Source: Vicugna vicugna (lineage: Eukaryota). Taken from it: a stretch of 64,000 nt of DNA. The number at the start of each line of letters is the position of its first letter. Within the stretch, counting starts at the first letter, position 1. Shown in pieces: positions 1 through 13,239 of the stretch. Position numbers and translations under genes: made by a program. The stretch covers positions 808,001 through 872,000 of the forward strand of contig MU058065.1 of the NCBI GenBank assembly GCA_013265495.1, given 5' to 3'. The notes below the pieces were generated by a model, which searched no databases, had not been told where the DNA came from, and worked only from the letters and a program-made list of their open reading frames with translations.

Positions 1-1560
1 ATGCTATTTATACAGAAAGGGATATCAAATGATAAATTCTGCTCATTTACTGTTTATCCATGTCTCCCATTTGCCTGTACAAAAGGCTTCTCTTTTTTTT
101 CTTTAATGACTAAATATAGTCCAGTATTTCATTTTATACTTATGGAAAGTAGAATAATTAATCCAGTGTAACTTTCCTTAGTGACAAAATAATGACAAAA
201 TTTCAACTTGGTGACAAGGAAAACAATCTAAATCTAAATGTATCTAAATTCCTATTTTAACATCGAAATATCTACAGTAATTATGAAAAATTCTGAAGCC
301 ATTTTTATCTTTCATCTATGTGAAACCAAATATCCAGATATTTTCAAATGTTAATTGAATAGATTACATGTTGGAAAAAATCAGGATTAAGTCTTTAATA
401 ACCTCTTATGATCTATTCCAATTAGTTAATTTAGCCATGAATATAATCTCAAAGGATTAGATAACTAAAAATTTGTAGAGAATCCTATTTATCATTACTT
501 AACACTTGTCACAGTGTCAGTCATTTCCTTAAACTTTTTCAACCATCTTTATATTCTAATAACGGTTTTAAGACTGAAATGAATATTTTCCCTGGTTTAT
601 TTCTTTTTTCCCCATCAAGGTTTTAAATAACTTGAAAAAGTCTGTCTTCATCATCCTTCCTGAGCATTTGGGATCACTGCTACAGCCTCTATGCTGAATT
701 TAAAAGTCCCCATACACACGTAGATGAATATTACTATTCCACAAAATAAATTTTTAAATATGCATGTCTTTTTCATGACTGTCACTCTTGAAACTGTTGA
801 AGGCCCCATAAGCTTGGTGACTGAGGCTGTTATTCTTAACACGGAGTTAGAATGTTGTAAACATGAAATTTTATACAATAATGAAGTTGAAATTGGAACC
901 AAGTGATGGCGGAAGCTTGGAGATTGGCTTGAATTAAAGTGCTGAAGCAGGATGCAGAAGTACCAATTCCAAGAATTTCGTAAGTGGGAAGAGAGGAAAA
1001 TACACGTGAGAATAAATATAAACTGCCACGAATCAGAACCTGCAAAACAAGAGGCATAATGTCAAAGTGGAATTTGATTGGACTGGCAAACGTACCATCT
1101 CCTCGGTATTAAGTAACATTCTCAGCTAGTGGCCCAGTCCGACTCAGTGTCAAACTTCAGCTTGACCTTTCAAGAGCCTGGCTTGCTATGATTTATTCTC
1201 AACCGTGGACTTGAGACCACAGAAGGACTTAAGAAAATCTACTTCCTTTCTTAGTTTCCTGGCAAAATTGCATTCGAGTAAGCCCAAGTACAGAGCACAT
1301 ACAGACTCTTCTACTTTCCTTTCATTTTTTCAGGAATTTGTTTTTTATTTTTTCCCCAAATCCTTACATTCTGGAGAATGAGGCTAATTTCCAGTAAAAT
1401 TCCCATGTACTTTTATTCAGATGTGTTTATATTTTTTGGGGGGGGAAGGGCTTATTGGTTGGAATTAAGAACAGTTGATGACTGTGTTTCTTGCAGTGTT
1501 TTCTCAAAGACTTAAGAAACAGTGGTTTTCAGATTTTCTTATTCTGATACAACATTACAG

Positions 1561-2057
1561 ATATATTGATTTTCTATTGTGGCTATAACAAATTACAGCA
1601 AACATATGGCTTAAAACACAAATTTATTATCTCACAGGTCTATAAGTGAGAAATTTGATGTGTGTCTCACTATACCAAAATCATGGTGTTATCTGTGTGC
1701 ATTCCTTTCTGGAGCCTTTAATTGTGAATCCATTTCTTTGCCTTTTCAGCCTCCTTGGCTCAGGGCTCCCTTTCTGCATCTTCAGAGCCATCAAATGCTG
1801 CCGAGTCTTTCTCATAACAGAGCACTGTGACACTGACTCTTTTCTGCCCTCCTTTTCTACATTTAAGGACTTTGTGAAAACCTTAGGAGCATCCAGAAGA
1901 CCCAGGATTATCTTTCCTATTTTAAGGTCACTGGATTAACAACCTTAATTCCATGAGCAACATTGATTTCCCTTTGCCACGTAACATAATATATTCACAG
2001 TTTCTAAGGTTTAGGATGTGGACACTTTTAGGAGTGGCATTATTCTGCCTCCCCACA
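1561..2057 (-). mobile_element. MaLR LTR, MLT1D-like solo LTR
   Basis: Reverse complement begins TGTGGGGAGGCAGAATAATG...GTCCACATCCTAAACC and ends ...GCCACAATAGAAAATCAATATAT, matching remembered MLT1D termini; ~500 bp. Confidence 0.8.
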
Positions 2058-3128
2058 TGTGATTTTGAAAATGTTTGCCCCTCTTCTTTATCTTTGTGGT
2101 ACTGCAGATAAACATACACATAAACACACACACAACCACAAGTTTAAGAGAAAAAAGATAAAGAGGGAACAAAATAAAAATAGTCCCTGTGCTTTTATTT
2201 TGTCAATTTCAGAATGTCAGTATCGCGACCTAATAAGACTTGATGAAGGGGAGGGGCATCAGACCAAGGACAGAAGGCATTGAGACACTGATGTGATGTT
2301 AATGAGGGTTTCCCAGTTATACCATCATCTCAGAACTTTCCAACAAAAAACAAGTTTATAGCAAGGTATTCGGAGAGTCAACCAAATATATTTTCTTCTT
2401 CTGACAGAATAACCTAAAGTAACAAGAAAGTTTGGCATGCAAAATTCCTTTCTCCTATGGCTTTCGTAACTTCTCAAAGTTCCCTATAGCTCTCCTAAGT
2501 GTAAATGCTCTCAAATGAAGAAAAACTCTATAAAATCTCTTCTTTGAAAAATAGTTTACTCTCAGGAAAGGAAAAGTTATTTTTCAAAATTTACTATTTT
2601 CAAATGCACTGAAAAAGTAACAGTAACATTAATATTAAAAAAAATTGAATTCCACTAACGTCCCCAAGGACTACTGGCACGCAGTGGGTTTCCCTTGGCT
2701 GTATTTGTTACTTCCTGCCCTCCAGAAATAAGACACTCAAACAGTACCCTCAGGGTTTCTCTTCATACCCCTCTGCCAATTATAATACGCTGTAAATCAG
2801 AGATGCTGGCTGCTATAGAACATTGACATAGTAAAAGTGCACTACTCACAGAAGTTCTGTTTATATGGGTAGGAGATTCTTTACTAAGAGAAAGAGAGCT
2901 GCCAACCCAATATTTGAAGAACAAACTCTGACACCATTTTTTTTATATTACAAATTGCTGCATCAAGATGAAACCCCTATAACTGGCTAACATTGGTCAC
3001 GTTCGCTTTTATAGTTTAGTTTTGCCTCAGCTTCTAACAAGCTTTGGAATCCAATTCAATACCATATGGAAACACAAATCCGTTTACATTAGACTCTACA
3101 TGGAAAAATCATGAAACAAAAAAAGTGC

Positions 3129-3545
3129 TGTGTAGAGTTGTGTTTATGACTGCATTCGAGGTGGTGCTGAAATCTTGGTGATTTCAAATTTCAAAGGTTT
3201 GTTTCTTGCTCATGCTGCGTCCCCCAGGCATCCGGGTAACTCTTTCAGACAACTGTTCTCCAGGTAGTGATTTGCTGATCCATGATCTTTCAGACTGCTG
3301 TTCCAACATTAGAACATGAGTGTTTTTCCATCATTGTCATAGACGAGACAAAGAATACTGGGCAATTCACACCAGCAATTAAATCCTTTAGCCTGGGAGT
3401 GACCCACGTCACCTCTGGTCACAACTCCTTGATCAAAACCAGTTGCACAGTGATGCCTAATGCAAAGATAACAAGAACTAATTCTTTCAGAAATCTGAAA
3501 AGAAAGAGAAAACATATATGTGAGCACCAGACATGTCTACCACGG
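3129..3545 (-). mobile_element. Old MaLR LTR (MLT1K/L-like), degraded
   Basis: Motifs AAAGGTTTGTTTCTTGCTCATGCT, GGAGTGACCCACGTCACCTCTGGTCACA and terminal TGTCTACCAC resemble old MLT1 LTRs. Confidence 0.55.
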
Positions 3546-4399
3546 TTGTGAAAAGACAAATAAAAATAATTCATCCCTGTTTCAGTTCTTTTACATTTTA
3601 TATTTCTTCACATGTAATAGAACTGCTATATTGAAGACAAATTTTCAGTAAGCCCATTGAATAGAATCCTTTCCCTCAAAAAGTCATAAACCACTCTTAT
3701 GAGCATTGCAGAAACGTAGCTCAATGTCATTTACAACCAATAAAAAAACGCTTTTGATTTAGTGAGGCAAAAATTGTCTATTCAATTCCCATTTAACCTG
3801 TCAAAATCACAACTGGCAGTGACAAGGATATATATATAAAATGATCCCTCCAAATTCATGACTCCAGCAGCCAGTATGGGCAAACAACCTTAACCTTTTC
3901 TGAATACTGTTTTTCACAAAGGCTATAAAGGATTTGAACTTTCCAGATCTGTGTATTTGTATTATGAACATAGCTTTTACATTAAAATATTTTGTATGAA
4001 AGATCTCATATTTAGGTTTAAAATTGCTTATACAAAATTGCTCATTTAAATATCTCTCTATATAGATAGATACCCTGAGTAGAGGACCTCAAACACCATT
4101 AATTACTTTATAACACAAGTAAATCTTTTCTAGCATTAAATTTAAATACCTCATACAAGAAGGTTAATTAAACCACGCTGTTTTCCCTCCAGGGACAGTA
4201 GCAATTTGCTCTATGATGACCACTGCCCTAAACTGCCCCTTAGAGAGGGCACATCCCACATGTGGTACCGCTCAGCCCATTTATGCCCTGAGTTCTTCTG
4301 AGTTTAAACTGCTCTAGGCAATTTATTCTTCTTTCTTTTGAGATAGAGTTTCTCAAGAGTTTTTTGTTTGTTTGTTTGTAAGATTATTTCCTTGGTTAT

Positions 4400-4483
4400 A
4401 GCTCCTGGGCCTCTATTCAGTTTGTAAAATATTAGCTTAATTTCTCTGTCTTTGTTTTCATCTGCTGTAAGGGAGCTAATGAT
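4400..4483 (+). mobile_element. MIR fragment
   Basis: CTTAATTTCTCTGTCTTTGTTTTCATCTGCTGTAAGGGAGCTAATGA resembles the MIR core. Confidence 0.45.
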
Positions 4484-5977
4484 GTGAACTGAGCAGGGAA
4501 CAGGAGGGGGCGGGCTGATGGACTGGGTTCCACTATTTCCTTTTCACTCCCTCCAGTGTCTGTCTTCTCCTAGCTCAGCCCACGGCCATGGTTCATAGAG
4601 AGACAGGGTGGTGACACTCATGGTGTCCAGCTGGCCTCCATTACTCTTCTTCTTGTCATCTCACTGATTATTAGCTCTCCTGAGTTACATCATATCACAT
4701 TTTCCTTAAAACCAGATAGAGATTGGGGGTTAGAAAAACCCTGTGAGACTTCCACCTCTCTCTTGGTTACATTTTCCTATCTGATCTAAACAGGCATAGA
4801 AACTGAGGCCTAACTACTGGGACAGAAGCCTTGTTCCTGGTACCAGGCATGTTTTGTAAACATTTTCAATCATCCTCACCATAAAGAAAATGAGGACTTA
4901 TGGTAACAAAATACTTATTTATCTTAAGTGCTTATCTGTAATTTAGTTTAATGACGCTACACTTTCCTATGGTCTCTTTAGACCTCAAGGGCTATTTATA
5001 TTGATTTAGCCATTCCGTTTGTCTCAGTAACAAACAGCCACATAAAACACAGACAGGAAAAAGGAACTTTCCTGAAGTGGAAAATCAAATTTATCAGTGT
5101 AATAAAACTTCTGATTCTGGGTTGCGTCTATGAAAGGATTTTGATTCTTTCAGTATAAATCCTGAACATGCTAAATAAAGATAAATGTAAATTTTATGAT
5201 CGCTAATTTTACATTTTTTAAGATCATCAAAGAAATGAATTGATAATAAAGCTTGTTGAGTTATTTTGTCTTAGCAATCTAGGTTTGTTCAAAATGTTCT
5301 ATTATTTTGGTTAATATGTAGGAGTGTAGATGAAAGCTGAGTCAAGACAAAACAAATAAGCTGACAAAAGGCAACGAGAAATCAGCAAAGAAATTAAACT
5401 GCGGATTATACCCTATGGTTTCTGATGTGTTGGTCTTGAAAATAACAATTGCTTCAGTATTTTAACATAAAACAAAGTGATGGTTTTAGTTGTTGATGTT
5501 GATTATAATATTTACTAAAATTATTACCTTCTTTTCCTGACACACAGCATCCTTAGCTTAGTTATCTATGTAATTCAAACCCGAGAGAACTGAAGTTTGA
5601 GATCACAGAAGGCCTGTCATTTGAGGTGTTCAAACACTTCACTGCAACTTATTACCCATGACAAGTTTTTCATTACATTTTTAAGGGGTTGAAATATTAA
5701 AGCTTTCATTTGGATCCAGGTATCTAGTTGGAAAATGAATCTAACTATCAATCATGGATAATCCTCATAGACCACTGAATTACAAGGAGAGGATGGAGTC
5801 AGAAAATGGCATTCTGTCAAAATGGATAGTACGTGGGGATTATACAATCTCCGTGGAAATAGCATGCATGCATGAGAAAAGAAAATCACCTCACCGGATT
5901 TGCAAATGGCCAGAGAAACATTTTCAGTCATTTCAAATCACTAGGACCATTAACCATGACTTTAATTAAGAACATGG

Positions 5978-6097
5978 AATTCAACAATCACTTGTAGTAT
6001 GCATGCTATGTACCAGGAACTGTGTCAGGAACATTGAAATTAATAAATTATGGCGCCTTCACTCCATAAACCAAAAGTCTATTGGGACAGACAGACG
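5978..6097 (-). mobile_element. L2 3' end fragment
   Basis: ATTCAACAATCACTTGTAGTATGCATGCTATGTACCAGGAACTGTG is the typical reverse-complement L2 tail. Confidence 0.6.
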
Positions 6098-7189
6098 CAC
6101 AGTGGGCACTCAGTACTCTCTTGTCTACGTGGGAACTGACAGAGCTCACCTTTACTCTAGCAACTCAGTGTTCTGTGTGGCTCACCAACACAGCCCGCTG
6201 GTTTCTCCTGCCATCATAATGATTCCTTAGAAAAGCTTGGTGCAGATTCTGGACAGATTCCCAAAAATGGGTTTCTTAAAGGGTCTTCACATTAGCAACA
6301 AATTTGGATACTCAGACAAGCAAGATTGCCCTACAGTAAATAGAGTTTATTTTGATGTGTACATTTTTAAGTGGACTTCCTTTAAGTTACTAGAAGCTGC
6401 ATCAGCCACAAACTAAATTTAAAATTTCAATAAGTACCTCTGTATCATATTTTTACTCTTATAGTGGTTTTCTGTGCATGAGAATACTTCTTAATATTTT
6501 CCCTTTTTTATAGCCAAAATTACTGTTTTATCACCTTCTTTATGGTTTTTAAAGCTAATGGACATGCAATTAGTTCATTACAATGTTTTCTGAAGTGTTT
6601 GCAGGATCCTTCAAGTCAGGCACCAAAGAAGAAATTCACTGGAGTCTCATCCAGCACAAGATTAGGTTCCAAAGCCAGAGGATGAGGCAATTATTGGGTG
6701 TGGTCAAATCACCCTTGAAAATTGTTCGAGACTGTTCCATGTTTCAGATCGTCATAAGGCCTCTATAATTTTGTAGTTCATTTATTTTGTTTTGTTTTGT
6801 TTCATCCAGAAGTGGAATAGGTAGATATTTCTATAGATGAAGGAAACTAAGCTGTTGGCTTACAGTTTAGTATATGATTTATAAACATATATAAATGTAT
6901 CTATAAGCATTCAAATTGCACTAAGAGTGGCACACAGGGAAAGATCAACTCAGAAAACATTCCAGTCTCAGTGTGTGTCTCTTCCCATCCTCCCTCCAGT
7001 TCCAGAGGAGGAAGTGTGTCCACTTCAGTTCAAGATGACCCTTCCACTTCCTCCCAGACCTTGTTCCAATCAGTGTATCTTCACTCTCTGTGGCTGCATT
7101 ACATTTCACTTCTGTTTCTTTATGGAATCTTCCCTGACAGTCCATGATCATATGACTCTTCCAGCAAAACTTATGATCTTGGTTTCAGA

Positions 7190-8135
7190 AATTTTTTTAA
7201 TAGAAGAAAAAGTCTGTTAAAAAAAGAAACTTTCAGGACTGCATCATCATTTGTATCTTAGAAATGAGAACTTGTCAATACAATAGTCTATGTTCAGGAA
7301 AAATATCCTTTAGGAATTTCAAGAAATTCTTGAAAGAAGAAAAATTAAGAATTTTTTCTTGCTGGCAAACCAACTCTTAAAGAATGGCTAAAAAGGTTTT
7401 CTAAGCAGAAAATAAATGATAACAGAAAGATGTCTGGAACTTCAAAAAGAAAAGAAGGAGAAATAGGAATTTTTAAAAATATGGAGGAGAATCTGTCTTT
7501 TTCTTAAATCATATTTGATGGTTGGAGAAAAACATGTCACACTGTCTGATGTGATACTCACTGAATATGGAGGAAATACTTAAGACAACTACATATATAT
7601 ATTTTTTTAACATTTTTTATTGAGTTAGAGTCATTTTACAATGTGTCAAATTCCAGTGTAGAGCACAATTTTTCAGTTATTAAGACAACTATATTTTTAA
7701 GTGTAGAGAAAACAAAAAAGATCTGAATAAAAGTAAGTTTTCTACACTTCATTTAAAGTGGTATGATGCTGATGCCCGTAGACTATGGTTAAGTTACGCA
7801 TGTACAGGTAAACCACTAAGAAAAATATACTAAGTGACATACTAAGCATTCTGTGTATTGTTTAAGGAAGATTGTTGAAATATGCTCAAGAAACCCACAG
7901 AAAGACAGTAAAAGAAACAAATGAGAAAGAGAAGAAATAGAAAACAAATGATAAAATGGAGACTTAATCCTTGCTTTATCAAAAACTGCCTTAAATCTAA
8001 ATGATTTAAAGACACCGGTTAAAAGATAAAATAGACTTCAGATCAAAGAAAATGGCTGGAGACAAAGAGGGACACTGCATAATGGTCACAGGCCCAAGCC
8101 ACCAGATAGAAAGATCCTAAGTGTGTCTGCGATGA
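7190..8135 (+). mobile_element. Ancient L1M fragment (ORF1 end to ORF2 start), interrupted by a younger L1 tail
   Basis: A-rich sequence with L1-like remnants (AAATGGAGACTTAATCC, CTTAAATCTAAATGATTTAAAGACACC, GACAAAGAGGGACACTGCATAATGGT); no open frame. Confidence 0.6.
7592..7679 (-). mobile_element. Very short 5'-truncated young L1 (3' tail only) with TSD
   Basis: Reverse complement is closely similar to the 3' terminus of the L1 at 19360-19440; flanked by TTAAGACAACTA at 7580-7591 and 7680-7691. Confidence 0.85.
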
Positions 8136-8270
8136 GTAACAGGGTAGTCTTTCAGGCAAAAGCACTCTTACTAAAAAAAGAAAAAAAAATGCATCATAGA
8201 AATAGTTAACACGGTTCTATATCATGCTCCAGTTAACATTATTAGTATTGTAACTTACATAGTATCTAAA

Positions 8271-8440
8271 ACAGTAGGCTTGAGTTCCCCTAATTAGAGT
8301 TATCCGGGTGCTTGTCAAAAACGCAAATATCTCACCCGAGAGTAACAGATCTTTGAATGGAACAGCTGACCTCCAGCAGCGGCATCCGCATTTTGAACTG
8401 GTTCCCCAGATAATCCCTTTGCAGACTAAAGTCTGAGCTT
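8271..8440. mobile_element. MER5-like hAT-Charlie DNA transposon remnant
   Basis: GGGTGCTTGTCAAAAACGCAAAT...CATCCGCATTTTGAACTGGTTCCCCAGATAATCC...CTAAAGTCTGAG resembles MER5A/B. Confidence 0.6.
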
Positions 8441-10199
8441 CAAGAGTGAAAGATCAGGCATTTCGCTCATTAAATCCATGAAAGGATAGTTGGTATTAAA
8501 GAGAGCAAATCAGCATACGTGTGGCTGAGGTGGTGGGAGGGTAATGCCTTAGTGTGGGTCCAGCTGAAACAAGCTTTTTTGGTCATGATAGACACATTTA
8601 TGCACAGGGCAGGGCGGAAGGAAGCAGGTGAGCGGCAAAGGTGGAAAGAGAAGAGAAGCTTTGTACTGGGAGCTTCCGGGACAGAGTGGCACAGGAGGAT
8701 CCTTCAGTGAAGGACCACTCATAAACTGAGGGAGGGAGCTCTGTGAGACGTGGTCTTTTCATTGCCCTGTTTCTGTGCCTCTCTGTGATGAAGTATGACA
8801 AGACACAGACTGGCACTGACTCAGTGAGACCGGAGACAGCAAAGTGGCTTTCACCTTTAAGGTCTGAGGATTCGTAAGCCCTGGGGAATGTTAGTTATCC
8901 TTGCCATTCTCATCACCCACGTCACAGGGGACCCCAGCAGTGGTAAGAGAAAAGGGACCACCCTTGGCAGAGAAAACATCTGAGAATGAACATGGGAGAC
9001 TATAAAAAAGATGAGATTAATCCTCAAATCATGTAGTGGGTTTGGTTTGAGGGATCCAAAATTAAATGTGATATAAGTAGGGTTAGGACCAGTACAGTTT
9101 GGCTAATTTGTTAATGTGAACTCTGTTTATTGCCTAGGATAGCCATCTATTTATCATATCACTGAAAAATGCATCCGAATCTACTGAAAATGATTTGTGT
9201 AAACTCACATATCATACAACACTCTATCCTAGTTTGAATAACTGAGCTTCACAAAATTCAACAACTGAAGTCTACCATGTGTCAGGAACGGTCAACCTCT
9301 CTTAATGAATAAACAAGAGAAACTGTATTTTTAGAGGATGTAAAGGTACTGAGGAGTTGTTTGTTTTACAAAGCAGTGGGAAGGTAAAAAATACTGAAAA
9401 TAATTTTAAAATATTATGTTCTTCAAGCTAATTTTATACTCTGTAAGCAAAATCAGTAACTCTAAAAATGGTCCCACGTAGAAAGACAATTCACCAAAAG
9501 TGGGATAAGAGACAAGTTGATCAAGCTTCTGCCTCTCTACTCAGCTTAAGCATTATTGGTGAACCCTCTGACTTGCGGTGGCCTTACTTGTGTCCAGTAG
9601 TATGAAGTCCACAGTCCAGAAGACCATCTGAAACGACACAGAGTGAGTCTACAATACCGAGCTCAGGAGGCAAAGAGATGCCAAGTGATGGACTCAGTAC
9701 ACTTCTGGCCATTCTTTCCTAAGCAGGCTGGACTGGCAGGTAATCATCAGCATAAGAACCATCTTGCTGCCTTATACACATGGAAGAAGCAGCCATCATA
9801 GCTGAGGACTAACAGGAAATTAGAGAAAATAGACTTTCAGTCAATGTAGAAAAGTACTGTGGTCTAATCCCAGGCAAGTTTGGGTAAAAGAATGTTTGCA
9901 TAATTAGGCTGTTTATCCATTAACAAGACATCAGGGCAAATTTTGTGTATTGAAGTAATAAAGTTATTCTTCTAGTGAAACGTTATATAGGGTAGTGCTA
10001 GTGCTCTGTGCACCCAGAATAAGCTCTCAGTAACTATGTATTTAATGAGTGGATGACTAGGGAGTGAAGACCTCAAGAGTGAAGACTTTCCTCCCTGGAG
10101 TCCAATTGCACAATGACTTGAGCTCTGAAAGTTCTATCAGGTTATATTTGTAAGATACATTTAGTAGCTGAAAACGTTGCCTGCCAGATGAGCTGCCTA

Positions 10200-10430
10200 A
10201 GGAATGAAAACAAAATTTAAAGGCAGACTTATTCAGAGGAACGCAGGTTAGATGTTAAAAAAAAAAACCTCAAAAGCTTAAGGGGCGTAACTCAAGGCAG
10301 CCTATTTTTTTGTTTAAACCAGCGAGGGATGGGTAGATTTCCTGGGCACCTCTTGTTGAGCTATCGATTCAGAAACCAGGACTCCTCTCAATACGTGGCT
10401 CCACCACCTTGGAACCTTTCAGTCCCAGCT
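10200..10430 (+). mobile_element. Possible CR1/L3 3' fragment
   Basis: Weak resemblance to the L3 tail (GCAGGTTAGATGTTAAAA ... GGAACCTTTCAGTCCCAG). Confidence 0.3.
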
Positions 10431-11329
10431 ATGGAGTCTGAGGAGGGAGGGCATGGAAGATTATGCAAGATGCTTTCCATGTCTGGCTGGAAAGTAATAA
10501 ATATTCACGTTTCAGGGGCCAGATACAAAAGAAACTGGGAAACACAGAGCTGTATATACAAAGGGGAAATGGACTATTTTTGTAAACGTGCAGCATTGGC
10601 TGTGCTGGCCTCTTAAAAACTTGCATGGAGAAGGGGTCTTACTTTCAGATATTTCATAATCAGAGTAAGACTTTTGAAATGGGGGACCCTTGTAATGATT
10701 ATGGGGATTACGGGACAACTGGGCGGATAGAACTAAAGTAGGTGAGACTTTTCCATGGATTTAAGACAAGAATAGGATGACTTTGTTTTTAAGATAAAAG
10801 TAGGTAATATTGCTGAATTTTTTGAAGGGGGAGAAGATGAGAAATGAGATTATGGGAATTCTAAAATGGACCCGGGAGAAATGGTATGGCGAGTACCATT
10901 TTGCCATTTCTCCATTAATCAGAATCCGTCACCCATGGGTTTCTGAGCACTCTCACAAATGTCTCTCTTGTAATGTTTTCTTAGGAGGAACGACAACTTT
11001 CCAAACCTTAGAAAAGTCTATCTTTAAGTTGGAGTTCTTGTCAATACCCACCTAATTAAACTTGAACTTTAATAATATCTCTTCCAAAAACACAAAAACA
11101 TTTTCACTAAGTTGTATTATTACACGATACCCTTCTCTTGTCTGCCTACACACGCATATGGGTTGTGGTCTAGTCTAAATTTAGTATTTAGAGATAGGCT
11201 GAGAGTTAATATTAAATATCTCAGCCTTTGCCCGATCGGTACTAAATCATGAAAACACTTCTGTGAACATTCACAACACGACCAGTGTGGGCTCACTCAG
11301 CTCCTCCTTCCTTTTCTCTTCCACAAATT

Positions 11330-11450
11330 GGTTTCCTTTAGACTCACAGCTGCACGGTGGAAGGCATTGCATTTTTCCCATTCCCTGCTGCATTTTAAGT
11401 ATCTCACGTAGAGTTTGGCATCTGAGAGGCACTGAATGGTTGTTGAAAAA
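11330..11450 (+). mobile_element. L2 3' end fragment
   Basis: TTAGACTCACAGCTGCACGGTGGAAGGCATTG...GTTTGGCATCTGAGAGGCACTGAATGGTTGTTGAA resembles the L2 terminus. Confidence 0.55.
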
Positions 11451-13239
11451 AATAAAGATATTTCCGTTGTATCTGTGACCAACAAGTCTTCTGCATAAAA
11501 TACAGTCTTTGGAGGCTGGGGTACGATTAGAGAAAATCGGACTTTAACAATGATCCTTAAGACACTATGTGCTACCTGACTTTATTTTCTGTCTATGAAC
11601 TCACAAATTATAAACCATTAACTAGAGTTTAGCTCATATCTTGGGGGAAAACAAGCTCAGTAATATCAAACTAATATGATGAAAGGAATGGGTTCAACTT
11701 CACAGTTGACCTTTGTGGATGTTACTCAGTTTGCCAGTTTTCTGGACTCTGGACACATAATTATTATAATCTGTGTGTTTCATACATTTGTGTTGCCCAA
11801 AATTTCTCTTAACTATATATTTAATAACATGTAGCTTGATAAAGACAGCTATAAAGATATGAGCAAGGGGGGAAAACACCTTCCACCCAAAGAGACGAAC
11901 GTCAGAGGAATTTAAAGCAAGTTGCCTAGGACATGTGCATCCTTTCCTTAAAATGTGGAGATAGGTAACTAGGTAAGCCAAACACACACACAGGCACAAT
12001 AAAATGGCCCTATACTTATGTATTGAAAGTACAGATTTTGCAAATGATTTATTACAACTGGGATTTATATTTCAGAGATAAAACTCCAAATTCTACACCA
12101 AAGTTTCCATTTTCCACAGACTTTCAGACTATGCTGTAACTCTTACACCAAACATTTCTCACATCAAATCAAAGGCAACTTACTCTTTAAAAATGTAGAA
12201 ATAATATTTAATAGCACTATAACCTACTCTCACAAAGTATGATGGTTAATGGGGACAACAGTATTGCTTCTAGAAATTTAACACTGTGAGTAGAGCATTC
12301 TACTAGAAAGAAAATTGTTCATAGAGAATCAATCTGCTCAAATCTTACCCTAATCAAAAGTAAGAAAATCCAAGAAAGAAAATATTACTTAAATAAGAAT
12401 AAAATATTATAAAATAAATAAAATATAAGGATAAAATATTAAATTCCACATTTTTGACATTCTAATTGCAGGACTTCTTTGACACCTTTTCTGTTTCACA
12501 TCTTCTGAGAAGCTGTGAAATAGGTGTGAAACAATGATCAGATAAACCCTTACAGACCACAGAGTGGGTTCCTGCACCTGCACCGAAAGTAGATAACACT
12601 GAGTGAGAATAAACATTATAGATCTTCATTTTATTGAAAAAAATTAAAATTTTAATTAGATAAGCAATGCTAGGATTTTGTTATGAGAAATGAAGAGAAA
12701 TATAAGGTTTTAGAGCTACTGAAAAAAATTACCTTTACTTTTGAAACCCCCAAAGCAAGACTTTGTACAGCCTACTACATGGAAACTGGGAAAACTGCCT
12801 CTTGAGGGCTTTGTCGTTAGAAAGAAGGACTGGATCTTCATTTGGTTGTTGTTATATCTCTCAAAATGTTTACAGTAGAACACCCTGTATGTGTTTGTAG
12901 ATTGAATTGCATTATATTTGAAACTAATTTTCCTCACCCATGCAAGTAATACAATTTATCCCATTACCTTGTAGGTTACCATATTTATGCCCAGTGTGAG
13001 AATATTAGCAGTAACCATGTTACATGGGAGACCCTCTCCAGTCCTTAATGGGGTGTGTAATAATGGTGTTTATTATATAAATGAGATAAAATCGTTCTGG
13101 AATGACCCTCTATTGATCTAGAGCCTCACAGCTGGATTTTGTTTTCTCTTATGCTTGTAGGTCATCACACAAGTGGCAGTTAATACTTTTCCCGTGAGGC
13201 TTATAAATGAGGACTTATAAAATAATTTTATCAATGTAT

